Below are positions 14,048-26,346 of a DNA stretch of 64,000 bases, piece by piece (position 1 is the stretch's first letter; each line of letters begins with the position of its first letter). The notes beneath the pieces are model-generated. The model was given only the letters and a program-made list of their open reading frames with translations. It did not search any database and had not been told where the DNA came from. This DNA comes from Eledone cirrhosa (lineage: Eukaryota), in contig OZ024743.1 of the NCBI GenBank assembly GCA_964016885.1, forward strand, positions 70,494,001-70,558,000, given 5' to 3'. A program made the translations under genes and the position numbers.

Positions 14048-14603
14048 GTTATTACTCTAAGGTGACACAACCTTATCGAGTCCTTTGCTACCCATTCCCA
14101 ATTGTATATCGTTAGCTTGGCCACAGCCAAAACTTTGATTTTACTAAACTTCGAATTTCCTTAACCCACTAAAAAAAATGTTTTTCACCCTTCCTCTCCT
14201 CCCCCTTTTAGTTTCTTTCCACCACTACCCCCCCCCCACACACACACACCCTCGAGTCTCTTTTCCTGTCCCCTTTTCTCCTCACCCCCACTCTCAACGT
14301 GAAACAAATATTAACATTTTGTACTGCCTCTTCGCTTCCTCGTTGTTTTTTTTTATTTATTTGTCTTCTGTTTCAACTATTATATATATATCGTTTCTGA
14401 ATTTGTTTAGCAAGATTCTTTATCTGAAATCGTGTGTTGGAACCGATATTGTTATACTTTGGGAGGGTCATGTTGCCAATAAGAAACACACGCACCAGTT
14501 GTTTTCACTTCAATTTATTATATATTTATAAATTTATAAATTTACAAATTTATAAATTTCTGGTTGGTTGGTTGGTTCCACAACCAGATAGTTGTTTATA
14601 TAT

Positions 14604-14648
14604 AGTCATAGTTCTTTCGTCACACACTCTGTGACCTCTTCGGTGACT
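14604..14648 (-). ncRNA. Minimal hammerhead with U4C change
   Basis: agtca CCGAAGA g gtcaca-gagtg-tgtgac GAAA g-aa-c TA tgact. Confidence 0.7.
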
Positions 14649-14848
14649 GGGGATTCCTTTCTTTGTTTCTGTGCCTCTTCTTTGTTCTGTCCTACGCCAT
14701 TTTGTTTCTGTGTGTGTGTTGTGTGCTCAGTCTGCGCATGCGCCACATCCGGGTGTATGTGTGTGTTTATGTTCATTTATTTATTTGTTTATTTACATGT
14801 TACTGGTTGGTTGTTTGTTCTATGTGTGTGTGTGTTTTCATTTTGTCC

Positions 14849-16880
14849 TTAATTGTAAGTTGTGATGTTGCTGTTCCACTCATATTTTCTATTTAATTTT
14901 GGTTGTAATTCTTTTATGTTTATTGCCTCTGTAATTTGTCTAAACATTGCGTCTTTTCTGTGTGTAGATTCTATTTTTATTTCTATGTTCTCTAATTTAC
15001 CCTTGTGTTCTATCTTAGCATGTTGGTAGAGTACAGAAGATTCTTTATTATCTTGAAGGTCTCGCCAGTGTTCATTTATCCGTTCCCCTACACTACGAGC
15101 TGTCTCACCTATGTACACTATATTTTTGTCTCTACATTGTCCTTCAGTACATCTTATGCTATACACTACATTTCTAGTTTTACAGTTAATATGGGGGCTT
15201 ATTTTACAGGTTATACATTTCTTATCTATACATGAGGGTCTTTGAAAAGGGTATGTCTTGCTAATAAGTGTTTTTATGGAGGTACCTGGTCTTTCTACTA
15301 TCTTAATATTGAGTTTATGTTTATCTAGGGCCCTTCTAAATTTGTAAGCTAATTCACCTCTAGGGGTTGTATTGATGAACATTACACTCTGGTATTTATT
15401 GCTATCATACCATGAGTTTATTCTATTAGCCTTGTTCCTAGTTCTTTCTATTCTATTCCAAAATTTGCTCCTATACGAGGGGCAGGTCCCATTTATGTCA
15501 TTATTTACCATTTTTTCCCATTTGGTTCTGGCTCCTCTATACACTCTGATTTTATCTCTCTGATTGTAGCCAGAGAACTGCATACGGTGGATGAAGTGTT
15601 GTATGTGTCTCTCTAGTTCTTCGGGGTTGCACATGCGGGACACATTTCTCATCACCCGTACCAAATCCGCAATCAGTATGTTGATTTTGGTATGGTCCGA
15701 AATGGCCGAATTTCGGTGGATCAGATGTTTGGAAGTCATGGGTTTGGCATAATGGGAATGGAGGATTTGTTTTTTGTTGTTAATGGTATCTAACCAGAGC
15801 TCTGTGTCTAGTACAGGTAATCGATGGTTGGGGTGTTTACTTGGGTAGTCTATAGTAACTCTAATGCTCTGGTGGATGGAGTTTGCTATTTGCTGGATGC
15901 TTTCCATTGTGTTTTTCTCTAGTTCCTGACTGTTCTCTAGTGGGGGTGTCTTAACTGCGATGTTTATATCATCTACGTAGCGGGAGTACATTATCAGGGT
16001 TAAGGGGTCTTCTAATTGTTCTTTAAGTTTAAGTTTAAGTCTACTGTCCCACCATACCATGAATAAGTTAGCTATGTCGCCTGCAATGATAACACCAATG
16101 GCTGCTCCTTCCTCTTGGGCATATGTTTTTCCATTAAATTTGAACATATGTTCCTTAAGGGTTAGTTTTATGCTGGCCCCTACCGCATGTGCAATCATTT
16201 TCTTCAGTACATCGTGGTTTTCGGGTGTCTGTATGGCTCTGGTCCACCCGTTCCATCTATCTGTGTGGGTTTTCTTGGCCATTGAGGTAATGGTAGGTGG
16301 TCTGCCTCTTGCTGGTCTTGTAGGGCACAGGTAACTATTACTATAGGTAAGCTTAAGTAGGAGTCCCAGCTCACTGGTATCAATCCCACGGAACTCAACC
16401 TTGCTCTCACTGATCATTTCTACGCATTTCTCCACAGCAAAATCCTATCAATAGAAGGATACAGGGACACAACATCCATACTGCCTATTATGCAGTTTGT
16501 TAGGTCCCCAGATCGGTTACCCACGCCGATTCTGCTGAGGAGGTCCTCCGTGCTGTCACATACATCTGGGGACATTTCAATGATGGGGCGTATAATCAGG
16601 GAGAGGAAGTAGGACAGTCTGTAGTTACTAGCAATGTTAGCTCCACAGACTGGCCGTGTTGGTGGTCCCGCGACAGGGTCACAGCCCGTTTTATGGTCTT
16701 TTCGAAGTCCATACAACGCCGGCACGTCATTGTTCCAGACTTGGAAGTTGTTGGCAGTCCTTTTGTTGGGCTGCATTATATTCGTCCACATCACCATATG
16801 GGCATTGAGGGCTTTTTCTCTATCCTCATGCTCCCGTGGTGTTAGCTCTCTTGTGTTAGTGATGTGGGGTTGCATTGCCT
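14849..16880 (-). pseudogene. PLE RT + GIY-YIG ORF, 5'-truncated, frameshift near 16430
   Basis: LYGLRKDHK..PTRPVCGA, GSMDVVSLYPSI, YSRYVDD, VVYSIRC..YIGETARS..R..EH..E..N. Confidence 0.93.
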
Positions 16881-17173
16881 GGCAATGCAACCCCACATCA
16901 CTAACACAAGAGAAGTAACACCACAGGAGCATGAGGATTTGAGTGGAACAGTAATATCACAACTTACAATTAAGGACAAAATGAAAACACACACACACAT
17001 AGAACAAACAACCAACCAGTAACATGTAAATAAACAAATAAATAAATGAACATAAACACACACAGACACCCGGATGTGGCGCATGCGCAGACTGAGCACA
17101 CAACACACACACAGAAACAAAATGGCGTAGGACAGAACAAAGGAGAGGCACAGAAACAAAGAAAGGAATCCCC

Positions 17174-17218
17174 AGTCACTGAAGAGGTCACAGAGTGTGT
17201 GACGAAAGAACTATGACT
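17174..17218 (+). ncRNA. Minimal type-I hammerhead, intact core
   Basis: agtca CTGAAGA g gtcaca-gagtg-tgtgac GAAA g-aa-c TA tgact. Confidence 0.85.
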
Positions 17219-17293
17219 ATATATAAACAACTATCTGGTTGTGGAACCAACCAACCAGAAATTTATAAATTTGTAAATTTATAAATTTATAAA

Positions 17294-18259
17294 TCTATAT
17301 ATATAAAACTGTGGTTGTCTGTCTGTCTATCTATTTTTGGCACACATCTCCTCTTAGAATCTCTCACGGAATTGCACCGAAATTGCTATACTTGTACATT
17401 GAGCCCTAGCGAAGACATCGGAAAAAAAAAATTTCAAATTGACCCACCCTATGTGACGAAATCGAATATAATGTATCGATTTTTGAGCGTAAGTGATCAG
17501 TTATTTCCCTTTGTTCTGTTTACATTGAGCGTCTGCGTGCAAAAATTAAAAAAATTACGCTGGCTTTCTCAGCGTTTAAAATGACATTAACACAATACAC
17601 GATTTAAAGACTACGTAAAACAAGCCTTTTAAAACAATATTTTTACTTGAAAACAAGTCTATTTAAAAACTACTTAAAACAAGCAAATATTTCGTAAAAA
17701 AAAGCAAAAATTATATAAGTTTATATAAAATATATGTATCTGTAAATTTCGTTAGGCGTGCAGACAGACAGTCGTGCAGAGAGGTGATATAGGCGTGCAG
17801 ACAGACAGTCGTGCAGAGAGGTGATATAGGCGTGCAGACAGACAGTCGTGCAGAGAGGTGATATAGGCGTGCAGACAGACAGTCGTGCAGAGAGGTGATA
17901 TAGGCGTGCAGACAGATAGTCGTGCAGAGAGGTGATATAGGCGTGCATACAGACATAACTGATAATTTGGTTACGCTAATGTTTTTCTCTGCGTTGCAGT
18001 GTTTACATTTTCGATCTTTGTTAATAAATAACCAATGCAGTTTTTATCCCCAGCATCCCCTTTTGTTATAACATTCGGGTTATCGTTATGTTTTCTTAAC
18101 TTCATAAGGCATATTGTTGGTTGAGGGAATATTAATCAAAAACACCACATGCAAGTCTGCACAGTAGACACTACAGTTTTTAAGCCAAAAAGAAACTTAA
18201 CATTGTAACTTTAACACAGCTACTGAGCGACCCCGAGCAACGCCGGGCTTTACTTCTAG
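17294..18259 (+). mobile_element. Complete non-autonomous Helitron
   Basis: 5' TC, subterminal hairpin cccgagcaacgccggg, 3' CTAG, inserted between A and T without TSD; empty site visible in the other pLTR near 14520. Confidence 0.93.
17753..17956. repeat. 37-bp minisatellite, ~5.5 copies
   Basis: Unit taggcgtgcagacagacagtcgtgcagagaggtgata. Confidence 0.95.
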
Positions 18260-18334
18260 TATATAATAAATTGAAGTGAAAACAACTGGTGCGTGTGTTT
18301 CTTATTGGCAACATGACCCTCCCAAAGTATAACA

Positions 18335-18410
<76 letters not shown>

Positions 18411-18461
18411 ATTAAGTTAAATAAGTAAAATTTGGCATCGTTTATTATAAATTATAGATAT

Positions 18462-18516
18462 ACTGCTATATATATTTCGGTGACAGCCATCATTGGCTGT
18501 GACGTCTTCACACAGT
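18462..18516 (-). ncRNA. Degenerate hammerhead in a short unit between (TA)n tracts
   Basis: actgt GTGAAGA ..acagcc-aatgat-ggctgt.. GAAA tatata TA gcagt; C3G. Confidence 0.55.
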
Positions 18517-18759
18517 CCGAATTGGTGTGGTGGAGACAGGTACACATGTTGTTTAATTTTTTTTTTACTCTGTCAATACTCCAATATGTCCAGCTCCCGG
18601 TTGAGTTGTTATTTCTCTGAGGAACTGGAATTACTTCGTCGAGTGCTCCAATCTGCATACTGAGGTGTCGGTAAACAACCAACATTTACTCAATATATAT
18701 ATATATATATATATAAAGAATTAGTATATCTACTAACATACAGGAAATTAGAATTAGTA

Positions 18760-19711
18760 TATCTACTACCCATACAGGAAACCTAATGACAATCTGCACT
18801 ACATCCACCGCCGATCAAACCATCCTAGGAACATCACAAACAACCTGGTCAAAAACATCTCCCTCCGCATATCCCGTTTGTCAGCTAATGAGCGGATATT
18901 CGATGAACATGCGCCTTATTACAACCAGGCCCTCAAGCGGAGTGGTTTCCGGGAGGAAATATCCTACTGTCCAGCTCCCATTAGCGGAACCAGCAGGAGA
19001 CACCGCCGCTCACGCAATGTAACATGGTTCAATCCTCCCCACAACGCAGAGGTGACAACTCCCATCGGGAAACTATTCTTTAGGCTCATTGAAAAACACT
19101 TCCCATTACAACACCGCTACCACAACATAATTAACAAAAATACCATCAAACTCTCTTACAGCACTACACCAAACTTCGCACAAAACATCGTCTCCTCTAA
19201 CAACAAAAAACTCAACCCCGATGGCAGAAATAACCTAAATAGCAGTGGAGAACCGACCAGGAGGTGTAACTGTCCGGATAGATCCATTTGCCCACTCGAC
19301 AATAGATGCAGAGACCGTAATGTGATCTACCAGTGCAACGTGAGGACGGATACCTCCAACAAAGCCTATATAGGACTTACCGCATGTGACTTCAAGACCC
19401 GGCTATACCAACATAGACATACCTTCCGAAACCCGGCCCGGCGTCACGCCACTACACTTTCGGGCCACATATGGGACCTCAAGGACAACAACATCACCTA
19501 TGATCTCACTTGGAGATTACTGTCCAGAGCCAATTCTTACACGGGAGGACGCCGTCCGTGCAATTTATGCTCGGAGGAAACTTTACAAATGCTGTTTTCG
19601 ACGGACCAACTCCTAAACAAGAAAGATGAACTGGTTACTGCATGTAAACATAGATTGCGTAGGACTTACCTCGCCCTCAAACCCCATAATGACCCGGGGG
19701 GGGTAGACTAG
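18760..19711 (+). pseudogene. PLE RT thumb + linker + GIY-YIG endonuclease
   Basis: SNHP, WFNPP, KHFP..H, IKLSYS, CNC..CP..C, VIYQC..YIGLT..FKTR..H, CNLC..E, LLN..E..CKH. Confidence 0.9.
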
Positions 19712-20815
19712 GGCTATAACACCCCACTTGCCGATTTTGCAATGGGTAACCCCTGCTTGCCAAGGGAGACGTAAGATCTTCTTTTTATTCTTTTATCGCT
19801 TCCTTTATTTCCTTCCCCCTTCTCTCCTTAGTCCTTCTACCCCAGCTCTTCTCCTTTGTCGGCGTCTTTTCTCGCCCACCCGAGGCTGCCCTTTGGCCCC
19901 TTGTAGCCTTAGTACTCCCACCCCCTCCCCTAGTCTATGATAGATTTGGCGGACTCCGCCTTTTATAGCAGTTGGTTTAGACCCCGGATACTTGCCCCCT
20001 TTTTCCGACCGCTCCCAATATTCTCCGTGCCCTCTATATTTCTTAGTGGCACTTATGCCTTATTTTTTCGTTTCAGTATTTCTTTCTTCGCTTTTCTTTT
20101 GGGCGGGGTGGATTCTGAATTTATTTTTCTGTATTCTACCTTTACTTCGTACGAACTTTCATGTAGCTTGTTTTAGATCTTTTAGAGTTAGCATTAGTAT
20201 ATATTTTTCTCGGGACTCAGAATTATTATCTCGTACTAGTTCACTTTGCTGCACTGGGTGGTTGCTGGCATTGTGCCCGGGATAGAAACCTTTATTATTT
20301 ATTTCGTGGTAGTCTCTTTAGTATTTTGGCCCCTTTTGTTGACCCGTCACCGTATCATTTACGTACTTATACCTCTTAAAAGGGTCCTTGCCTATTTCGT
20401 CCCACCTAGTTCTTTTACTTATTTCGTTATTTCTTTATTTCTTTCTTTACTTCTTTCTTTCTTTATTTATTTATTTATTCTAGCCTAACAATAGCTAGAG
20501 ACCTAGGTCGTAGAACTTGCTTTACTTTTTTCTTTACACTTATTCGCTTTTCTTCACTCTCAGTATTTTTTCTTTCATATATATTTCTACCTTCCATTGT
20601 TCTACCTACCGTTCCGACTTCCTCCCCCTCCCCATCCCAGTATCTTCTTTGACCTCATGCCCAGCTGTAGCTGGCACTACCAACGCTTGATTGGGTCTAC
20701 TCCACCCCCTCCCCTCTTTCTCCTACTGGCAGGTTTAGCCACCATCTCCCCTATTAATTTGCAACCACAGAATTACTACTGATTTCTGACAATCACTTTG
20801 ACCATATATGGAATT

Positions 20816-20909
20816 ACCCCTTGAGAAGATCGGCTATTTAAATACCAGGATAAATGTTCATTTAGTCCAGAATTATCCGTCGAAACGGCTTGAGCTCAGC
20901 TGTCGGGGT
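20816..20909 (+). ncRNA. Type-I hammerhead, U3-A8 core variant
   Basis: acccc TTGAGAA gatcgg...ccgtc GAAA cggct-tgagctc-agctg TC ggggt. Confidence 0.7.
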
Positions 20910-21098
20910 CTTACTGGTTCCTACTACCCACTCTACTACCCCAAGTATTGAGTACTTTGGTGCGTTATGGTCCATCTGGTTCCTTACCACATTTCCTTCG
21001 TTACTAACATATATATACAGATGCATACTTATGCCAGCAAATATATAGGTTTTGTCTTAGTAACTTTGTGGTTCAATGCATGGGGATGCAGAACAATA

Positions 21099-21431
21099 AT
21101 ATGAAAGACGTAAAATAAGAAAATTATAAAAATTAACTTACTTACTAAAATTTCACTCCAACTAATTAGTTTCTGAAAGGGAATAAACATGGTTTCCGAA
21201 GAAACGCACGGAGAAGTCCTTTCGTCATCAGGGAAGTCTATTCTCAGCTAAGTTTTCAGGCAATGCGTGGACACAGAAAACTTATACAAAAATAATTCAG
21301 TGGATGGAAAAAAGCAAAGCGTGGACTAAGTTCCAAGACTGATGACGAAAGGACTTCTCCGTGCGTTTCTTCGGAAACCATGTTTATTCCCTTTCAGAAA
21401 CTAATTTTTTATAATTTTCTTATTTTACGTC

Positions 21432-21439
<8 letters not shown>
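21099..21439. mobile_element. Miniature inverted-repeat PLE-derived unit with hammerhead in its arms
   Basis: 21099-21231 is the reverse complement of 21339-21439 (right arm has an internal deletion); minus 21155-21237: acttcc CTGATGA c gaaagg...cctttc a GAAA ctaattag TT ggagt. Confidence 0.8.
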
Positions 21440-21473
<34 letters not shown>

Positions 21474-21491
21474 GATATTAAAAGATCGGAG

Positions 21492-21584
21492 GCCATAATC
21501 AATTGTTTCGGGTTTATTTAAAACTCTGTTTTTCATATTTCACTGAGGACTATCAGTTATGGTAGCCTGAGCTCTTCAGACGGC
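21492..21584 (-). ncRNA. Probable hammerhead with long stem-II region
   Basis: gccgt CTGAAGA ... GAAA caattga TT atggc; stem II unclear. Confidence 0.5.
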
Positions 21585-21848
21585 AAAACCTATAAAAACT
21601 TGAAAACATTGAAAGTTCCTCAAAAACATCTTTAATTTAAAAAAAACTTCCTCGAAAATGATTTCTGTTCTTGATACAAATAGACAGCCGAATGCCGGGT
21701 GTTGTTTCTTCAACAACCGTCCCCTGTATATACAGATGGAACCTTGAGGTGATAGATAGCGAAACGCGCGTCACTGCGTCACTACTCAATAAACATAATC
21801 AAGATATAACAAATAGTCCTTTTAATTATATATATATATACACACAAC

Positions 21849-21912
<64 letters not shown>

Positions 21913-21914
21913 GT

Positions 21915-21956
<42 letters not shown>

Positions 21957-21957
<1 letters not shown>

Positions 21958-22298
21958 TCTTTGACCCCACTCGGTCACGAATGACCATGGTTTTGGACCT
22001 AGAAAGTTTCCCTCCGAGACACAAGCCTGGGTGGTTTGTTTTTTGTGGAAGACCAGCAGTCGCCATGCATACCAGTCTCCCCTCTCCACACCACCGATGT
22101 TGTCCAAAGGAGAGGCAATGAGCAATACAGCTTGGCACCAGTGACATCGCAACTCATTTCTACAGCTGAGTAAACTGGAGCAACGTGAAATGAAGTGTCT
22201 TGCTCAAGGACACAACGCATCACCCGGTCCGTAAATCGAACTTACAACCTCTTAATTGCTAGCCCAATGTTCTAACCACAAAGCCATGTGCCTTCACA
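21957..22298 (-). mobile_element. tRNA-derived SINE (OR-like family)
   Basis: Minus-strand A/B boxes (tggctttgtggttaga..gttcgat) and core gttgtgtccttgagcaagacacttcatttcacgttgctccagt. Confidence 0.85.
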
Positions 22299-22364
22299 TA
22301 TATATATACTACTACTATATATATATCCGCATATATATATACGCATATATTCATATACTGTCAC

Positions 22365-22413
<49 letters not shown>

Positions 22414-22783
22414 AGGCGGTTATTTCAATGGTTGTCGATGCAACAATGGCGAATAGGTAAGGGCTTCGTTTCACATTCACTTGATCCCAAGCTCAATTCT
22501 ACTGCTTGACATCTGATTCACGTGACGTTTTCTATAACCTCGGGTCAACCCATGCCTCGTGAGGGAGACAGTGCACGAGAAAACTGTTTGGTGGATCCTC
22601 AGGTGCCCCGTGTCCTTTATTCAAAGGTCCAGCCTTGTCACACACTGTTTCAAGCTGAATCTCCCTGAGAATTACCTTAAGGGTACACGTTTCCGTGAAA
22701 CGCTCACTCACTTATTTTAAATACACCTACGGAAGGTGCATCAATATTAATGATTATTGTATTAATAATATTTCTAGCAGTAC

Positions 22784-23020
22784 GGCGGTGGATTGGCAGT
22801 AATAATCAGAAGGCAGAATCGGTAGAGCGCCGGACACTATGCTTCGAGGCATAGAGTTATGTCTCTTTACGTTCTGAGTTCAAATCCCGCCGAGGTTAAC
22901 TTTGCCTTTCATCCTTACGGGGTCGATAAAATAAAGTACCAGTCACGTACTGGAGTCGATTTAATCGACTATTCTCTCCCGCCAAAATTGCTGGCTTTGT
23001 GCCTAAATCAGAAACCATTA
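22784..23020 (+). mobile_element. OK-like SINE
   Basis: Family body with B-box. Confidence 0.85.
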
Positions 23021-23444
23021 TCTAATGTGCCTTCATATTGTTAAGATTGTAGTGTATGTAAATTGGGTTGAGAGAGATTTCACTGGTATTTCTAGCAGAT
23101 TTAGCTACCGCTTAAAGGCATCCTCGTCGCTATCTACACTACATTATTCTAATACATACTCTATATCAGCTAAGTTAATTCTCCTTTAATGACCGAATAT
23201 TTAAAGGCGGGGAGTCTAATTACTTTCATAATTAGCAAAGAATGTTAATTATTGTCATGTAAATCATCTCTTAGATATGTTTGTTATTGTTTTGTCAGAG
23301 AACAGTCAGGGAGGGGGGATTGTTCACGTGGACTGTTGAGTGATTGTGACGTCACCATTACTACCACTGATGCCCTGCTACTAAAACTACTGCACAAACC
23401 ACCAACCACAAGCAACAACAACACCACTACTACTAATGCCTCAA

Positions 23445-23650
23445 ATATTATTGGTTTCTGATTAGGCACAAGGCCAGCAATTTTGGAGGAGGGGAAAGTC
23501 GATTAAATCTAGGCCTCTGTATAACTGGTTCAATAATTTATCGACCCTCGTAAGGATGGAAGGCAAAACTAACCATGGCGGGATTTGAACTCAGAACGAA
23601 AAGGGGCGTAACTCTGTGCGTCTGACGCCCTACTGATACTGCCAATACAC
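23445..23650 (-). mobile_element. OK-like SINE
   Basis: Reverse complement of family body. Confidence 0.8.
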
Positions 23651-23676
23651 TGCTCTAGAAGCGCACATTAGAAAAT

Positions 23677-24332
<656 letters not shown>

Positions 24333-24481
24333 CATAAGTATCGAAGTTATGTTTAAATCATTTAATCGCTGACAATTGTTTCTTCCAAACTTAAGCTTGG
24401 TAATAAGGTAGTAATAAATTACTGACCTTCCCTGTTTATAGTTGTTTATAGTATAGTATATACATAACGATAAATAGTATC

Positions 24482-24535
<54 letters not shown>

Positions 24536-24679
24536 AGTTGACAGACCCAGCATATCTATCAATGCCAGGATCGGTTGTATCTGAGCGTACTCAATAGGCA
24601 ATGTAGGATACATTCCCAGAGTATACACATAGTTATTCGCTTCAATACAATACACGTAAAACGGGTGCCTATAATAGTT

Positions 24680-24790
24680 CCCGGACTCGAGTTTCGGCCG
24701 CACCTAATGCAGCAGTAAGGTGCACTGCACCATCAATCTGCATATATTATGCGACAATGCACAATCGGGTTATGCGGCTTCATCAGCGGG
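24680..24790 (-). ncRNA. Type-I hammerhead, intact, with ~70-nt stem-II insert
   Basis: cccg CTGATGA a gccgca-(insert)-tgcggc c GAAA ctcgag TC cggg. Confidence 0.85.
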
Positions 24791-25519
24791 TATCGCCTAA
24801 TCAATAACCAATCGATTGACAGAATCCAAACCCCAGCCCATGTCGGTCATGACTGTTTGTGACAACCGACACGGTAAAGCGACTAGCAACTGAACCCGAT
24901 ACAACTCTGTCTCTCGACTAGCTAACGATTTACAAATTTTACGTGGTGGCGGGAGAATAGAAAACCAACTTTTCGTTCCCGTCAAAAGCGCTCAGCCAAC
25001 GTCTTACACACAAATTTTTAAGAGGTGAAAGGATGGTTATTAGAAACAGCAGTCCACATCGATGTATAATAGAATGGTAGCATTCGGCTCATGTCTCCAA
25101 GTCCCATGGCTAGAGGAAAGCGATAGTAAATATGATAGTGCCAAGAAGCTTTAACGGTCTTTAAATGCGATTATCCATTATAGAGCGATATAGTAGCGGT
25201 CTGAAATGTGTCAGCCGCGTGCGTAAAAACCAGTCTATTTCACAACTTAAAAGAGTGAGAGATAAAATTAATAGCAGGAATTAGAGCGCATATCAAAACA
25301 AAAACACAATAAAAAAGTGAAAAATTGTTTAACTTACTCTCAATAGTCCGCTAGTTAGGAGATAATAATAATAAGGGTTGACTGACCCAGCATATTTACC
25401 AATGCCAGGACCGGTTGTATCTCAGCGTACTCCATGAGCAATGTAAGATACATTTCCAGAGTATGCACATAGTTATTCGCTTTAATACAACACACGTAAA
25501 ACGGATGCCTATAATAGTT

Positions 25520-25631
25520 CCTCGACTCGAGTTTCCGCCGCACCTAATGCAGCACAAAAGGTGCACTGCACCATCCATCTGCATATATTATGCGACAATG
25601 CGCAATCGGCTTATGCGGTTTCATCAGCGGG
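25520..25631 (-). ncRNA. Second hammerhead copy; core intact, stem I mismatched
   Basis: cccg CTGATGA a accgca...tgcggc g GAAA ctcgag TC gagg. Confidence 0.7.
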
Positions 25632-25956
25632 TATCGCCTAATCAATAACCAATCGATCGACAGAATCATATATATATATATATATATGCTGCATTAGGTG
25701 CGGCCGAAACTCGAGTCTGGGAACTATTATACACACCCGTTTTACGTCTGTTGTATTGAAGCGAATAACTATGTGTATACTCTCAGGTTCAGTTTGGATA
25801 GTCAAAGAAAAATTTTAAACCTTTAGGATGAATATGTAAATGCAGTAGTAAGATGCACGTCACCATCCATCTTCATATATTATGCGACAATGCACAATCG
25901 GCTTATGCGGCTTCATCAGCGGGTATCGCCTAATCAATAACCAATCGATCGCCAGA

Positions 25957-26025
<69 letters not shown>

Positions 26026-26029
<4 letters not shown>

Positions 26030-26139
26030 TATTCCGATGATTTGATCATAGACACACTGTATTTAAGGTCGAGTAGCGAATTTCGAGTGATCAGCGGCCT
26101 TGAAACTCACCTGATCAATGAAACAATTGTTAATACTGT
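26026..26139 (+). ncRNA. Hammerhead with U4C core and long stem II
   Basis: acagtatt CCGATGA t ttgatca...tgatcaa t GAAA caattg TT aatactgt; inverted relative at 36338-36448. Confidence 0.65.
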
Positions 26140-26205
26140 AAATAAAACCCTTTTAGTACAGCCGACCATCTTATTCTTCACCCCTTCACTACTATATATA
26201 TACAT

Positions 26206-26332
<127 letters not shown>

Positions 26333-26346
26333 TATATATATATATA

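Larger units (their letters stand above)
14390..18338 (-). mobile_element. Penelope-like element (Nematis-like): 3' pLTR, RT-GIY ORF, fold-back junction and inverted pLTR interrupted by a Helitron
   Basis: 14445-14883 is the reverse complement of 16940-17293 plus 18260-18338; (TA)n at both outer ends. Confidence 0.92.
18716..21010 (+). mobile_element. 5'-truncated Penelope-like element (Naiad-like) with long 3' non-coding region / pLTR
   Basis: ORF remnant plus hammerhead; (TA)n flanks; ~33-bp tandem duplication at the 5' junction (18718-18781). Confidence 0.88.
24531..25667 (-). mobile_element. Non-coding retrozyme-like element: two ~296-bp direct repeats, each with a hammerhead, around a ~545-bp core
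   Basis: 24531-24826 resembles 25372-25667; no credible ORF; (TA)n both sides. Confidence 0.85.

Noticed and set aside
23320-23356. E-box (cacgtg) and CRE palindrome (gtgacgtcac)
   Set aside because: Short motifs expected by chance; no supporting context
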